NCBI GenBank assembly: GCA_964594835.1
Contig: CAZQNA010000008.1
Span: 1 to 64,000 of the forward strand
Source of the DNA: an uncultured Nitrososphaerota archaeon
GTDB taxonomy: Archaea; Korarchaeota; Korarchaeia; Korarchaeales; Korarchaeaceae
DNA: 64,000 nt
Reading direction: 5' to 3'
Part shown: piece after piece, positions 1 to 9,313 of the stretch
How positions within the stretch are numbered: position 1 is the first letter of the stretch
Layout of the letters: the number at the start of each line of letters is the position of its first letter
Program-made: the position numbers and the translations under genes
The notes under the pieces: model-generated
What the model saw: the letters and a program-made list of their open reading frames with translations, nothing else
Told to the model about the DNA's origin: nothing
The model's database searches: none

Positions 1-181
1 GGAGGTTGGCAGCGTAGGCGAGGAGGGCCCTGACGCTCAGGAGGAGGCCCGGGGCAACGACCTCGATCACGGGGAACACGAGCGACAGCTGGATGAAGTA
101 CTCTCTCACCCGAGAGAGGCTCAGGGCAGCCGAGACGAGCCTCGGGACCGGGGAGATCGCACCGACCGAGGAGGCGCGCAT
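1..181 (-). CDS. 5' part of a membrane protein, possibly UbiA-family prenyltransferase (runs off the window)
   Basis: Own translation from ATG at 181 (GGAGG upstream): MRASSVGAISPVPRLVSAALSLSRVREYFIQLSLVFPVIEVVAPGLLLSVRALLAYAANL, hydrophobic and open to the window edge. Confidence 0.45.
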   Translation of the reverse strand, partial: MRASSVGAISPVPRLVSAALSLSRVREYFIQLSLVFPVIEVVAPGLLLSVRALLAYAANL

Positions 182-247
182 TGACCCTCCGCCCCGGCCG
201 GTCCACTGATAACGTTTTCCAAGGGACTGCAGGCCCCCGCCCTCGGG

Positions 248-1561
248 TCACCTCCAGTCCAGTATCCTCCTCTCCCCCTCCAGCCTCCTTATCTCGGTGA
301 CGTCCTGGACGACCTCGAGGGTCCCGAGGTAGCGCCCGTCCCTCCCCCTGACCGGGAAGTAGCGTATGTGCACCATACGGTCTCCCATCCCGATCCAGAA
401 CTCGGCCACGTCCCTCCTGCCGGCCTTGAACTCCTCCAGTATCCTCTCCGCTATGTGGACGCTCTTGGGCGGGTGGCAGAGGTGCACCGGCCTTCCCAGC
501 ACTGCCTTGGCCCTCGGGAAGATCCTGCCCCTTCCGTGGGAGTAGAACCTCACCCTGTCGGAGGCGTCCACGAAAGACACGTCCACGGGCAGGGCCGAGA
601 ATATGGCCTCGACCTCCTCGGGTGAGAGGTACCCGGTCTCGAACTCCAGGTCCCCCTCCCTCCGGACGCGGAAGTCGACCGGCCTCGCCCCCTCGGAAGA
701 GATCATCGCCCTAACCTCCTCCGGAAGGCCCTCCACCTGCTCCTCCGTGATGTCCGGGCTGACCTGGTGCGGCAGCAGGGGGTCCGCCCCCGGGACCCAG
801 CCCTCAGCGGGCTCCACCTTGTAGTACCCTATCTCGTCGTCCATCTCCCTTATCGCGGCCCACTCGCCCTCAGACAGGAGGGCCCTGAGGGTCGGGTAGA
901 GTATGTTGTTCTCGCGGAAGGCCATGTCCACCAGGGCCCTCGACAGCTCCTCGACCCTCCTCGAAACCAGCGAGGAGAGCGACCCCCAGTCGGAGGGATC
1001 CCGGAGGACGAGGCGGTTGAGCCCCCTCACCATGTTCCTTATCTGGTCGTGCTTCGTCCACAGCACCCTGGGGACGGCCGTGAGGCCCCGCCTCTCGATG
1101 TACGGGAAGACCACCGTCTCGTCCTTGGCGTAGTGCCTCGAAACCCCCCTAAGATCCCTGGCCAGGCCTCTCAGCACCTCGAGCGAGCTCTCCCTCGCCT
1201 CCGCCTCCACCATGCCCATCGAGCGGGCGTAGAGCCCCAGGACTTCCGCGTCCCGAACGATCTGCTCGTTCTCCATCAGCCTGGTGTGGAGGGGGTGGCC
1301 GGGCTCGACCTGATCTGGAGTCAGAGCTCCCGATACGGCCTCCCTGAAGAGCTCGACGTGGACGTCACAGAGTCGGGCTATCTCCTGGACCGGGATACCC
1401 TCAGCGACCAGCTCCTGCTCTATTAGCGGTATCTCCACGGGGCTGACCGACCTCAGAACCTCCTTGAACCTCTCCCTCAGCGAGGACATGTCCTCGCCCT
1501 CGTGAAGCCTCCTGAGGAGCGCCTTGAGCTCCTCCTTCCTCTCCTCAATCGCCGACGCCAA
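248..1561 (-). CDS. DUF438 + hemerythrin-like + PAS domain protein
   Basis: EIPLIEQELVAEG..IARLCDVH (DUF438), HYAKDETVVFP / HDQIR / ENNILYP (hemerythrin-like), DVSFVDASDRVRFY..LGRPVHLCHPPKS (PAS_10). Start moved to TTG 1561 behind GAGGTG. Confidence 0.88.
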   Translation of the reverse strand: MASAIEERKEELKALLRRLHEGEDMSSLRERFKEVLRSVSPVEIPLIEQELVAEGIPVQEIARLCDVHVELFREAVSGALTPDQVEPGHPLHTRLMENEQIVRDAEVLGLYARSMGMVEAEARESSLEVLRGLARDLRGVSRHYAKDETVVFPYIERRGLTAVPRVLWTKHDQIRNMVRGLNRLVLRDPSDWGSLSSLVSRRVEELSRALVDMAFRENNILYPTLRALLSEGEWAAIREMDDEIGYYKVEPAEGWVPGADPLLPHQVSPDITEEQVEGLPEEVRAMISSEGARPVDFRVRREGDLEFETGYLSPEEVEAIFSALPVDVSFVDASDRVRFYSHGRGRIFPRAKAVLGRPVHLCHPPKSVHIAERILEEFKAGRRDVAEFWIGMGDRMVHIRYFPVRGRDGRYLGTLEVVQDVTEIRRLEGERRILDWR

Positions 1562-1748
1562 CGCGACACCTCGGGCTGGAGCTGCGCCCATTGTATAAAA
1601 ATGAGTCAGCCATAACGGCCGTAAAATCATTTTATGATGACTGTTATACCGCTTTTCTGTGTTTACAATTGTCGCGAGCTGGCGCATTGGGGGGACGCGG
1701 ACGGGCGGGAGCGGGGGCGAGCCCCCTCCCGGCCAGGGGCGGCGGGCC

Positions 1749-2777
1749 TCAGATGAGTCCGAGCCTATCCAGCACCCCCTGTATCAGCGCGGCGTCTACC
1801 GCCGGGACCCCTAGCACGGTGTAGAGCACCCTCCTGCCGACCTCCTCCCCCCTCATGACCTCCGCCAGCTCCAGAACGCGGAACCTCCTGTCCGTGAGCA
1901 TGGTCCTGGTGTTCAGGGCGAACGTAGCCGGGCTGGGCATCTTCCTCAGGTCCAGGCTGTCGAACATGTATGTGTCGAACTTAGAGGCCAGGCTCAGGTC
2001 CAGGGCGTGCTTCCCCACGTCCGCGTACATCACCTCTCCCCTGAGCTCCCTCACGAGCCCTGTCGGTCTCGGGAGGGAGATGCAGTCCACCACAACGTCC
2101 GCGTCAAGGGCCTCCTCCAGGGTCTCGCACGGGACCAGCTCCAGGGCCTCCCTGGCCTCGGGGTCGAGCTCGCCGGCCGAGTGGGCAAGCCGCTCCCTAA
2201 CGGTCTCGAACCTCCCCCGGCTCTTGGCGGCCAGGAGGACCCGGCGCGGCCTCGAGCCGAGGGCTGCGAGCGCCAGGATCACCCGCCTTCCGACGGAACC
2301 CGTGGAGCCGAGGACGGAGGCGTCGTACTCCCCGCCAGGGCGCCCCCACGCCCTGACGCACGCCTCGACCCCCACGGCCGCTATGGAGGCGGTCCTGAAG
2401 TCCGAGATCAGGTTCCCCTCCACCACGGCCACGAGCTCCGTCGAGTCGCTGTCGAAGACGGCGCACAGGTTCCTAGACAGCCTCCTGCCCCTCGCCCTGT
2501 TCCTCTCGTTTGCCGCGAAGGAACGGACGCAGGTGTACCTCCCCCAGGCGCCGGCCATGGTCCTGACCTTGGTGGGGTACTCCGGGTCCGAGGTCGGGAC
2601 GTAGATGAAGGGCTTGTCGAAGACGAGCTCCCTCACCCTGGAGAGGACCTCCCTGGTGAGGGGGTTGACCCAGCGGAAGGTCTCGACTGTGGGAGACAGG
2701 ACCTCGGCGACCTGGGAGTCTGGAACGACGGGGACCTCCCCCAGGGAGAGCCTGACCCTCTGGACCTCGAGGCTCAA
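1749..2777 (-). CDS. Ornithine cyclodeaminase / mu-crystallin family protein (divergent)
   Basis: AVFDSDSTELVAVVEGNLISDFRTASIAAVG motif, Rossmann VLGSTGSVG, C-terminal VLGVPAVDAAL. Confidence 0.7.
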   Translation of the reverse strand: MSLEVQRVRLSLGEVPVVPDSQVAEVLSPTVETFRWVNPLTREVLSRVRELVFDKPFIYVPTSDPEYPTKVRTMAGAWGRYTCVRSFAANERNRARGRRLSRNLCAVFDSDSTELVAVVEGNLISDFRTASIAAVGVEACVRAWGRPGGEYDASVLGSTGSVGRRVILALAALGSRPRRVLLAAKSRGRFETVRERLAHSAGELDPEAREALELVPCETLEEALDADVVVDCISLPRPTGLVRELRGEVMYADVGKHALDLSLASKFDTYMFDSLDLRKMPSPATFALNTRTMLTDRRFRVLELAEVMRGEEVGRRVLYTVLGVPAVDAALIQGVLDRLGLI

Positions 2778-2949
2778 TCCGGGCGCCCGGCCAAGGGACC
2801 TCTTAGGCTCGTCGCTCGATCCTCACCGGCTGGCCCCTCGCGGCCCGTCGCGCGGTCACGTCCTCCGAGGGCGATCGGGATCCGACGTGCCACAGCACTC
2901 GAGGTCGGTCGCCCGAGGCGCACGCTCAGGGGACTCCGGTGGCGTTATT

Positions 2950-3432
2950 ATGATGCCGGCGGCCGAACCCCCGGTCTTCCGCCGGGAGGGGGTGGAGATC
3001 CCTCAGGCGATAAACGTGGAGATGATCGAGGCGAGGATCAGGGAGATCAACGACGCCATTCGGCTGCTCAGGGGGCTGACCTCCAAGTCGTACGGTGAAC
3101 TCACGAGGCACGAGATCCTGGCGATGAGGTACCTCGTGATACAGCTCGTCGAGGCGGCCTCCAGCGCCTGCCTCCACCTGCTGGCGGCCCGGGGCGAGAG
3201 GGCCGAGGGGTACCCGGAGTGCTTCCTTAGGATGGGCCGCATTGGGGTGATGCCGGAAACCCTGGCCTCCAGGCTTGCGTCGGCCGCCAGGCTCCGAAAC
3301 CTCCTGGTGCACAGGTACTGGACGATAAGAGACGATGTGGTGTTCGAGAGCGTCAGGGAGGGGGTGAAGGACTTCGAGGAGTTCATACTCATCCTCAGGG
3401 GCATCCTGGACCGGGGGGCGGGGGGTGGCTAG
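2950..3432 (+). CDS. HEPN (DUF86/HepT-like) ribonuclease toxin
   Basis: RNLLVHRY = R-X4-H plus the adjacent Tyr, abutting an MNT gene. Start trimmed from the 2605 ORF. Confidence 0.85.
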   Translation: MMPAAEPPVFRREGVEIPQAINVEMIEARIREINDAIRLLRGLTSKSYGELTRHEILAMRYLVIQLVEAASSACLHLLAARGERAEGYPECFLRMGRIGVMPETLASRLASAARLRNLLVHRYWTIRDDVVFESVREGVKDFEEFILILRGILDRGAGGG

Positions 3433-3867
3433 ATGGGGGCGCCCCGGCCGGACGTCAGGTACCTGGAGATGACCGAGGACGAGAGGGAGAAGGTGATCGA
3501 GGAGCTCAGGAGGGCCCTGGAGGGGGTTAAGAGCGTAGTCTTCGCCTACCTGCACGGCGGCTTCGTCGAGAGGAGGTTCTTCCGCGACGTGGACGTGGCG
3601 GTCTGGCTCGCCGACCCTGGGGACAGCCTCAGGGTGGAGGTTGACCTCTCCTCCGAGCTTGAGACGAGACTGGGGGTTCCCATCGACGTGCACGTTCTCA
3701 ACGAGGCCCCCCTTCCCTTCAGGCACCACGTCTTCGCGGAGGGGGTGCTCCTCTTCTCCAGGGACGAGACCCTGAGGCTGAGGCTGGTGGACGAGACCCT
3801 GAGGCTCTACTTCGACCTGAGGTTGCTGAACGAGCTGGCGTCCGGGCGTAGGAGGGTCTCCCGTTGA
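3433..3867 (+). CDS. Minimal nucleotidyltransferase (MntA-like antitoxin)
   Basis: AYLHGGFVERRFFRDVDVAV, IDVHVLNEAPLPFRHHVFAEG. Confidence 0.85.
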   Translation: MGAPRPDVRYLEMTEDEREKVIEELRRALEGVKSVVFAYLHGGFVERRFFRDVDVAVWLADPGDSLRVEVDLSSELETRLGVPIDVHVLNEAPLPFRHHVFAEGVLLFSRDETLRLRLVDETLRLYFDLRLLNELASGRRRVSR

Positions 3868-3906
3868 TTTATTACTTCGCCTTCGCCCCCCAGCGGGGCA
3901 CCCGAG

Positions 3907-4314
3907 TTGGGCAGTCAGGAGGTGGCCGAGGCGCTGAAGAAGAGGGGGGAGGACTTCCTGAGGAGCGCAAGGTACAACCTCTCCGTGGGTGCCTACGAGC
4001 TGTCCGTCTTCGACGCGCACCAGGCCGCCGAACTGTACCTGAAGGGGGCCCTCCTCACGCTGGTCGGGACGTACCCCAGGACCCACGACCTGACTGAGCT
4101 CTTAGAGGACTGGATGGCGGAGGCGTGCGGGGAGCCCGTCGAAGAGTTCCTGTCGGCCTGGGGAGACAGGCTGGACCACCTCACCGACGCCTACTTCAGC
4201 TCCAGATACGCGGTGAGGACCTTCAAGAGACGCCACGCGGAGGCGTTCATACGGGTGGCAGAGGAGGTGATCGGGCTTGCGAAGAGGTGTGAGGGCGAGG
4301 CTTCAAAGGGCTGA
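3907..4314 (+). CDS. HEPN domain protein (COG2250-type)
   Basis: FDAHQAAELYLKG..YPRTHDLTELL..AYFSSRY. Confidence 0.88.
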   Translation: MGSQEVAEALKKRGEDFLRSARYNLSVGAYELSVFDAHQAAELYLKGALLTLVGTYPRTHDLTELLEDWMAEACGEPVEEFLSAWGDRLDHLTDAYFSSRYAVRTFKRRHAEAFIRVAEEVIGLAKRCEGEASKG

Positions 4315-4627
4315 GATCGTGAGGAACTGGAGGGAGTGGATCCCCAGACTGGTGGAGGCCGCGAGGGAAGTCCTCGGGGAGGGCGTCGAGGTTTACGTCT
4401 TCGGCGCCGCGGCGGAGGGGAGGCTGACGGCCGCGAGCGACGTGGACATCTTGGTCGTGGTTGGAGAACCCCCAGAGGACTTCTTCGACCTCGAGAGGCT
4501 CAAGGAAGTTTTGGAGACTAGGGCGGGCCTACCGAGGAGGCACCCCTTTGAGGTCCACGTGGTCGGGAGGGAGGGGGCCGAGTTCTACCTGAGGAACCTC
4601 GGGGTGACCGCCGTGAGGTTGGCCTGA
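4277..4627 (+). CDS. Minimal nucleotidyltransferase domain protein
   Basis: VYVFGAAAEGRLTAASDVDILVV; overlaps the HEPN gene. Confidence 0.85.
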   Translation: MRRGVRARLQRAEIVRNWREWIPRLVEAAREVLGEGVEVYVFGAAAEGRLTAASDVDILVVVGEPPEDFFDLERLKEVLETRAGLPRRHPFEVHVVGREGAEFYLRNLGVTAVRLA

Positions 4628-4684
4628 TTCTCTGCGCGGGGATTTTACCCTTCCACGGCTCCCCGGTTGGGGAGGGCTGGAACC

Positions 4685-4993
4685 ATGCCGGTGATGAGGA
4701 TCTGGCACGGAAGGGTGCCCCTGGAGAGGGCGGACGAGTACGAGAGGTTCCTGATCGAGAGGGCCGCCCCCGACTACGCGTCGGTCGAGGGCCTGCTCAG
4801 GCTCTACTTCACCAGGAGGGACGAGGGCGACGTGGTCAACTTCCTCCTGGTCACGGTCTGGGACTCGATGGAGTCGATGAGGAGGTTCGCCGGGGACGAC
4901 CCGGAGCTGGCCAAGTACTACCCGGAGGACGACGAGTTCCTGCTGGAGAAGGAGGAGCGCGTCTCGATATACAGGGTGTTCTACGAGGGGTAG
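4685..4993 (+). CDS. Antibiotic biosynthesis monooxygenase (ABM)-like protein
   Basis: MRIWHGRV..FLLVTVWDSMESMRRFAGDDPELAKYYPEDDEFLLE. Confidence 0.8.
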   Translation: MPVMRIWHGRVPLERADEYERFLIERAAPDYASVEGLLRLYFTRRDEGDVVNFLLVTVWDSMESMRRFAGDDPELAKYYPEDDEFLLEKEERVSIYRVFYEG

Positions 4994-5079
4994 GCGAGTT
5001 CGGGGACCCGGGAGGGGGTCGGGCGAGCCCGAGGCCCGGGCCCGCCGTCTCGATGAGCGCCTCCTGTGTAGCTCCGGGC

Positions 5080-5123
5080 GCTACCTCAACGATATATACT
5101 GTAAAGCTAGATGCTAAGGTAGC
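5080..5123 (+). promoter_or_regulatory. Probable vapBC promoter with inverted-repeat operator
   Basis: GCTACCT...AGGTAGC arms flank an AT-rich GATATATACT core directly before the antitoxin ATG. Confidence 0.4.
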
Positions 5124-5369
5124 ATGCCCGCGCAGATGAACGTCCGGGTGGACGAGGAGCTCTCCCGCGAGGTGGACGAGCTGGTCAGGAGGGGCGTCTT
5201 CAGGACGAAGCGGGAGGCGGTGGAGGAGGCCCTGAGGCTCCTCATCGCCAGGGTAAAGGCGGAGGAGATAAGGAGGTCGATCGACGAGGTGAGGGAGGGG
5301 ACCGAGAACCTGCCCAGCGCGGCGGAGGCCCTGCTGGAGTCGAGGGCCGAGGAAGATGGGCCCCTCTGA
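5124..5369 (+). CDS. vapB: Ribbon-helix-helix antitoxin (VapB-like)
   Basis: QMNVRVDEELSREVDELVRRGVFRTKREAVEEALRLL; overlaps the PIN gene. Confidence 0.8.
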   Translation: MPAQMNVRVDEELSREVDELVRRGVFRTKREAVEEALRLLIARVKAEEIRRSIDEVREGTENLPSAAEALLESRAEEDGPL

Positions 5370-5832
5370 TCCCGTCACGCGCAGGGCTGTCCTGGACTCG
5401 TCCGTCTTGGTAAAGTGGTTCAAGAGGGGGGAGGAGAGGGAGGAGGAGGCCCTCAGGCTGAGGGACGACGTTCTCGACCAGAGGTTTCGGGCCCTCGTGC
5501 CGGAGCTGGGGCCCCTGGAGGTCTGCAGGGGGCTGGTGAAGGCCGGGCTCCCGAGGGAGAAGGTGCTGAGGGCCCACGCGACGCTCGAGGAGATGGAGAG
5601 GCTCGGCCTGCTGGAGGTCGTCCCGGCCGGGGAGGCGAGGCGGGAGGTTCCGGCCCTGCTGTGTGAGCTCGGGCTGTTCGTGTCTGACGCGCTGGTCTTG
5701 GCCTCCTCCCTGATCCGGAGGGCCGACCTCATCACGGAGGACTCTCACCTGCTGGCGGGGAGGGTGAGGAGGTTCGCGGGGGAGAGGGGGGTGAGGGTGC
5801 TCGGCCTGGCGGAGCTGTACGGGGAGAGCTGA
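5356..5832 (+). CDS. vapC: PIN-domain toxin VapC
   Basis: AVLDSSVLVKW, E..LEV, SDALVLASS, LITED acidic PIN motifs. Confidence 0.88.
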   Translation: MGPSDPVTRRAVLDSSVLVKWFKRGEEREEEALRLRDDVLDQRFRALVPELGPLEVCRGLVKAGLPREKVLRAHATLEEMERLGLLEVVPAGEARREVPALLCELGLFVSDALVLASSLIRRADLITEDSHLLAGRVRRFAGERGVRVLGLAELYGES

Positions 5833-5946
5833 GCCCCCGCCCGAGCCGCCGGGCCGCGTTTGTCGCGCGGGGGCCGCCACCCTCCTAGGGCTCTCGGGTG
5901 CCCTGCTTTTAGGCTAGCCCGCGCCCCACATCGGGGGGCTTTCCCC

Positions 5947-6510
5947 TTGACAAAGAGGGTCCTGATCGTCGCGGGTGACGCCGTCGAGGCTCAGGAGCTG
6001 TTCTACCCCTACTGGAGGCTCAAGGAGGAGGGATTCGAGGTCCACGTGGCCGCCCCGACCAAGAAGACCCTCATGACGGTCGTCCACGACTTCGAGCCGG
6101 GCTGGGAGACCTACACCGAGAAGCCTGGCTACAGGTTCACGTGGGTCGACAGGGAGTTCAAGGAGGTCAACCCGGAGGAGTACGACGGCCTGGTCATACC
6201 GGGGGGCAGGGCGCCCGAGTACATAAGGCTGAACCCGGACCTGGAGAGGATCGTCAGGCACTTCATGGAGAAGAGGAAGCCGGTGGCCGCCATATGCCAC
6301 GGCCCCCTGGTGCTCACGGCCTACAGGCTGATAGAGCCGGGGATGGACGTGACCTCCTACGTGGCCGTGTCGCCGGACCTCAAGGCCGCGGGCGCCAGCT
6401 GGCACGACAAGGAGGTCGTGGTCTGCAGGGACCACCTGGTGACCGCCAGGGCCTGGCCCGACCTGCCGGCCTGGATGAGGGAGTTCATAAGGCTGCTCAG
6501 GGAGCGGTGA
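5947..6510 (+). CDS. DJ-1/PfpI family protease/deglycase
   Basis: EAQE, YDGLVIPGGRAPEYIR, AICHG nucleophile elbow, TARAWPD. Start TTG 5947. Confidence 0.92.
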   Translation: MTKRVLIVAGDAVEAQELFYPYWRLKEEGFEVHVAAPTKKTLMTVVHDFEPGWETYTEKPGYRFTWVDREFKEVNPEEYDGLVIPGGRAPEYIRLNPDLERIVRHFMEKRKPVAAICHGPLVLTAYRLIEPGMDVTSYVAVSPDLKAAGASWHDKEVVVCRDHLVTARAWPDLPAWMREFIRLLRER

Positions 6511-6753
6511 GCCCCTCCCCACCCCACTTTTTTGGCGTCGGGGGCTGGGGTCTCGGAAAAGCCGGATCGGGGCCGATCAAACGCTGGTCGAGGAGTGACC
6601 GGCCGAGCGGAGGCCGCGGGCAGGGTTCTAGGGGTATCCCATTGGGCCACCGGACGGAGCAGCGGGCGACCCTTCGCTACCCGACGGGAACGGATGCCAA
6701 AGGGCGGATCCACAGAAGTTCGAGTCTGGGTGGCCCGATGAGGGGGAACTCCG

Positions 6754-7128
6754 TCACGGAGCCTCTCCGACGCCCCGCCTCGCCATATCGATGAGCCTGG
6801 CCACCCTCTCCTCCACACTGGGGTGCCAGGAGAATGCCCTCCTCAGGGCCCCCAACCTGCCTCCCCTCCCCGAGGCGGTCAGGAGGAGGCTCTTCACCGT
6901 CCACCTGACCGCCCTGGGCGACTCCGGCAGCCCTCCCCTATATGACATGGCCACCTTGACGAGGGCGCTAGCCAGGTCCAGAGGCCTCCCTGAGGCCAGC
7001 GCCCCCTCCTCGTCCGCCCTGAACTCCAGCCACCTGCAGGCCGCGGCCCCCAGGAGGGTCCCCCAGGAGGGTCCCGAGGGGTATGTTCAGCACGCCCTCC
7101 ACGGCCGCGAAGACGACCTCATAGCCGG
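6754..7128 (-). pseudogene. C-terminal remnant of an HtpX/M48 zinc metalloprotease
   Basis: Own translation: ..GTLLGAAACRWLEFRADEEGALASGRPLDLASALVKV..FSWHPSVEERVARL. A 13-bp tandem duplication (7048-7073) shifts the frame; no HEXXH-bearing N-terminus. Confidence 0.7.
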
Positions 7129-7567
7129 GCAGGCGGCGGAGGGAAAGGCCGTCCTGGTCTCGTCCCACGTGCTTTCAGAGATGGAGAGGGTCTGCACGAG
7201 GGTCTGCCTCATCTCCCGGGGCAGGGTGCTCGCGCGGGGTTCCCTCGACGAGGTGAGGTCCTCGGCCGGGAGGCCGGTGCTCAGGCTCAGGGTGCGGGGG
7301 GCTGGCGACCTCGTCCCGCTCCTGGAGGGGGCCCTGAGGGAAGCCGGACTCGAGGTCAGGCTCAGGACCTCTGGGGGGGTCTTTGAGGTGGACCCGATCG
7401 GGGGAGACGGAGACGTGCGGTCGGCGGCGGCGGTCGTCCTAAAGCGTCTCCTGGACGTGGGGAGAGTGCCAGACCTCTTTGAGATCCACAGGCCCACCCT
7501 GGAGGAGGCGTTCATGGGGCTCGTGGGGGGAGGGGAGCGTGCGGGGGATCTGGGCTCTGCTAGGTGA
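7129..7567 (+). pseudogene. C-terminal remnant of an ABC transporter ATP-binding subunit
   Basis: GKAVLVSSHVLSEMERVCTRVCLISRGR (H-loop) and PTLEEAF tail; Walker A, Walker B and signature are absent. Confidence 0.75.
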
Positions 7568-8291
7568 GGAGCTGAGGCTCTCGGCCCCGAGGGCCGCATG
7601 GACCGCTGCGGCCCTCTCCTTCTTCGGGATGGCGGGGGTGGCCGCCCTGAGGATGCTGCCAGAGCTGCTCCCGGAGGGGGCGGTCCTCCCTGTCGAGATG
7701 ACCGCTACAGAGGCCGTCAGGGGCTACGTGAGGACCCTATACCAGATAGGGTCCCTGGTGTCGGTCATGCTGGGGATGGACGTCGTGTCGGGGGAGGTGG
7801 AGAGGGGGACCCTGGAGCCGCTCCTCTCCGCGCCCGTGTCGGTGAGGTCCGTCTTCCTCGTCAAGCTGACGGCCAGGCTGGCCGCCCTGTCCGCCGGGGT
7901 TGCAGCCTCCGCCGCGTTGACGTGGTGCTACGCCGTCAGCGTCTTTGGGCCCACGGACCTGGCGAGGACCCTCCTGGCGTCGGCCTACGCCCTCCTTATC
8001 ATCTCCTCCGGGGCGCTCTGCGCCTCGGGCGCCAGCGCCCTCTGCCGCTCCCAGTCCTCTAGCGCCCTCCTAGGCGCCGCCGCCACCCTGGGGCTCTTTG
8101 CCGTCTCGAGGGTCGGACCCTGGTGGCTGACCCCCTTCGGGCGGGCGGAGCTGGCCTATGAGATCCTGGACGGAGGGGCGGCCGGGCTGGCCGAGGCCCT
8201 CGGCGGGACCTCGCTCGCCCTGCTGATCCTCCTAGCCGCCGACCTGGCGGCGCTCCGAATGGCCGAGAGGATGGAGAGGTGGTGGGGATGA
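7539..8291 (+). CDS. ABC-2 type exporter permease
   Basis: DVVSGEVERGTLEPLLSAPVS..FLVK motif, several TM segments. Confidence 0.88.
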   Translation: MRGIWALLGEELRLSAPRAAWTAAALSFFGMAGVAALRMLPELLPEGAVLPVEMTATEAVRGYVRTLYQIGSLVSVMLGMDVVSGEVERGTLEPLLSAPVSVRSVFLVKLTARLAALSAGVAASAALTWCYAVSVFGPTDLARTLLASAYALLIISSGALCASGASALCRSQSSSALLGAAATLGLFAVSRVGPWWLTPFGRAELAYEILDGGAAGLAEALGGTSLALLILLAADLAALRMAERMERWWG

Positions 8292-9313
8292 TCGAGGTGA
8301 GTGGGCTGGCCAAGAGGTACGGCCCGGTCACGGCCATAGAGGGCGTGACCTTCTCCGTCGGTTCTGGGGAGGTGTTCGGCCTCCTGGGCCCCAACGGGGC
8401 GGGCAAGACCACCACCATGAGGATAATCTGCTGCGTGATACCGCCGGACGCGGGATCCGTCCGGGTGGCGGGCGTAGACGCCCTCAGGGAGCCGTCGAGG
8501 GCCAAGCAGTCGATTGGGTACCTGCCCGAGGTCCCGTCCGTCTACGGGAGGCTGACCGTTAGGGAGAATCTCGAGTTCTTCGCCAGGGTGTACGGGGTTC
8601 CGGGTGAGGAGGTGGGCTCAAGGGTCTCTCAGCTCCTCAGATTCTTCTCGCTGGAGGGAAGGGCGAATCAGCTGGCTTCCAGGCTGTCCAAGGGGCTCAG
8701 GCAGAGGCTGGCCCTGGCCAGGGCCCTGGTCCACGACCCCCCCGTCCTGCTCCTGGACGAGCCCACCTCCGGCCTGGACCCGATAAGCGCGAGGGAGGTC
8801 AGGGACCTAGTGGTGAGGGTGGCCAGGGAGGAGGGGAAGACCGTCATGCTCTCGACGCACAACCTCTTCGAGGCGGAGCAGGTCTGTGACAGGGTCGCCA
8901 TAATCAGGAGGACGATACTGGCCGTGGGGAGGCCACGAGAACTCGCCGAGAGGGCCTTGAGCAGGGTCTCGGTGCGGGTGGGCCTGGCTAACCCCTCGAA
9001 GGGACTTGTCGGGGTGGCCCTCTCCGTCCAGGGGGTGGCCACTGCCAGGCTGGAATCCGGCGATCTCGTCGTTGAGCTGGAGGGAGATCCAGACTCTGTG
9101 GTGCCCGAGCTCAGCGAGGCCCTGGTCGAGGCCGGCGCCAGGATCCTATCGATCCGCCGGACCTCGTCCCTGGAGGAGGCCTTCATCTCGGTCGTCCGGG
9201 GTGGGCCGCAGGAACCCCGGTCCGAGGGGGAGGGAGGGTCAGGCTCGGATGCGGGCTTGGAAGTGGACTCGGACGCGAGTGCGAGGGCGAGGGAGGGGGT
9301 GGTGTGGGCGTGA
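8288..9313 (+). CDS. ABC transporter ATP-binding protein
   Basis: GPNGAGKTT, LSKGLRQR, LLLDEPTSGLDP, STH. Confidence 0.95.
   Translation: MIEVSGLAKRYGPVTAIEGVTFSVGSGEVFGLLGPNGAGKTTTMRIICCVIPPDAGSVRVAGVDALREPSRAKQSIGYLPEVPSVYGRLTVRENLEFFARVYGVPGEEVGSRVSQLLRFFSLEGRANQLASRLSKGLRQRLALARALVHDPPVLLLDEPTSGLDPISAREVRDLVVRVAREEGKTVMLSTHNLFEAEQVCDRVAIIRRTILAVGRPRELAERALSRVSVRVGLANPSKGLVGVALSVQGVATARLESGDLVVELEGDPDSVVPELSEALVEAGARILSIRRTSSLEEAFISVVRGGPQEPRSEGEGGSGSDAGLEVDSDASARAREGVVWA

Noticed and set aside
1590-1670. AT-rich imperfect inverted repeat upstream of the DUF438 gene
   Set aside because: Probably an ordinary promoter or operator; too weak to assign
6534-6774. RNase P RNA or SRP RNA
   Set aside because: The start resembles archaeal RNase P P1, but the GAGGAAAGUCC-type and 3' consensus and a proper SRP helix 8 are missing
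6791-7567. 258-aa ORF as an intact gene
   Set aside because: The first half is the antisense of the htpX remnant; only the last ~145 codons are ABC-like
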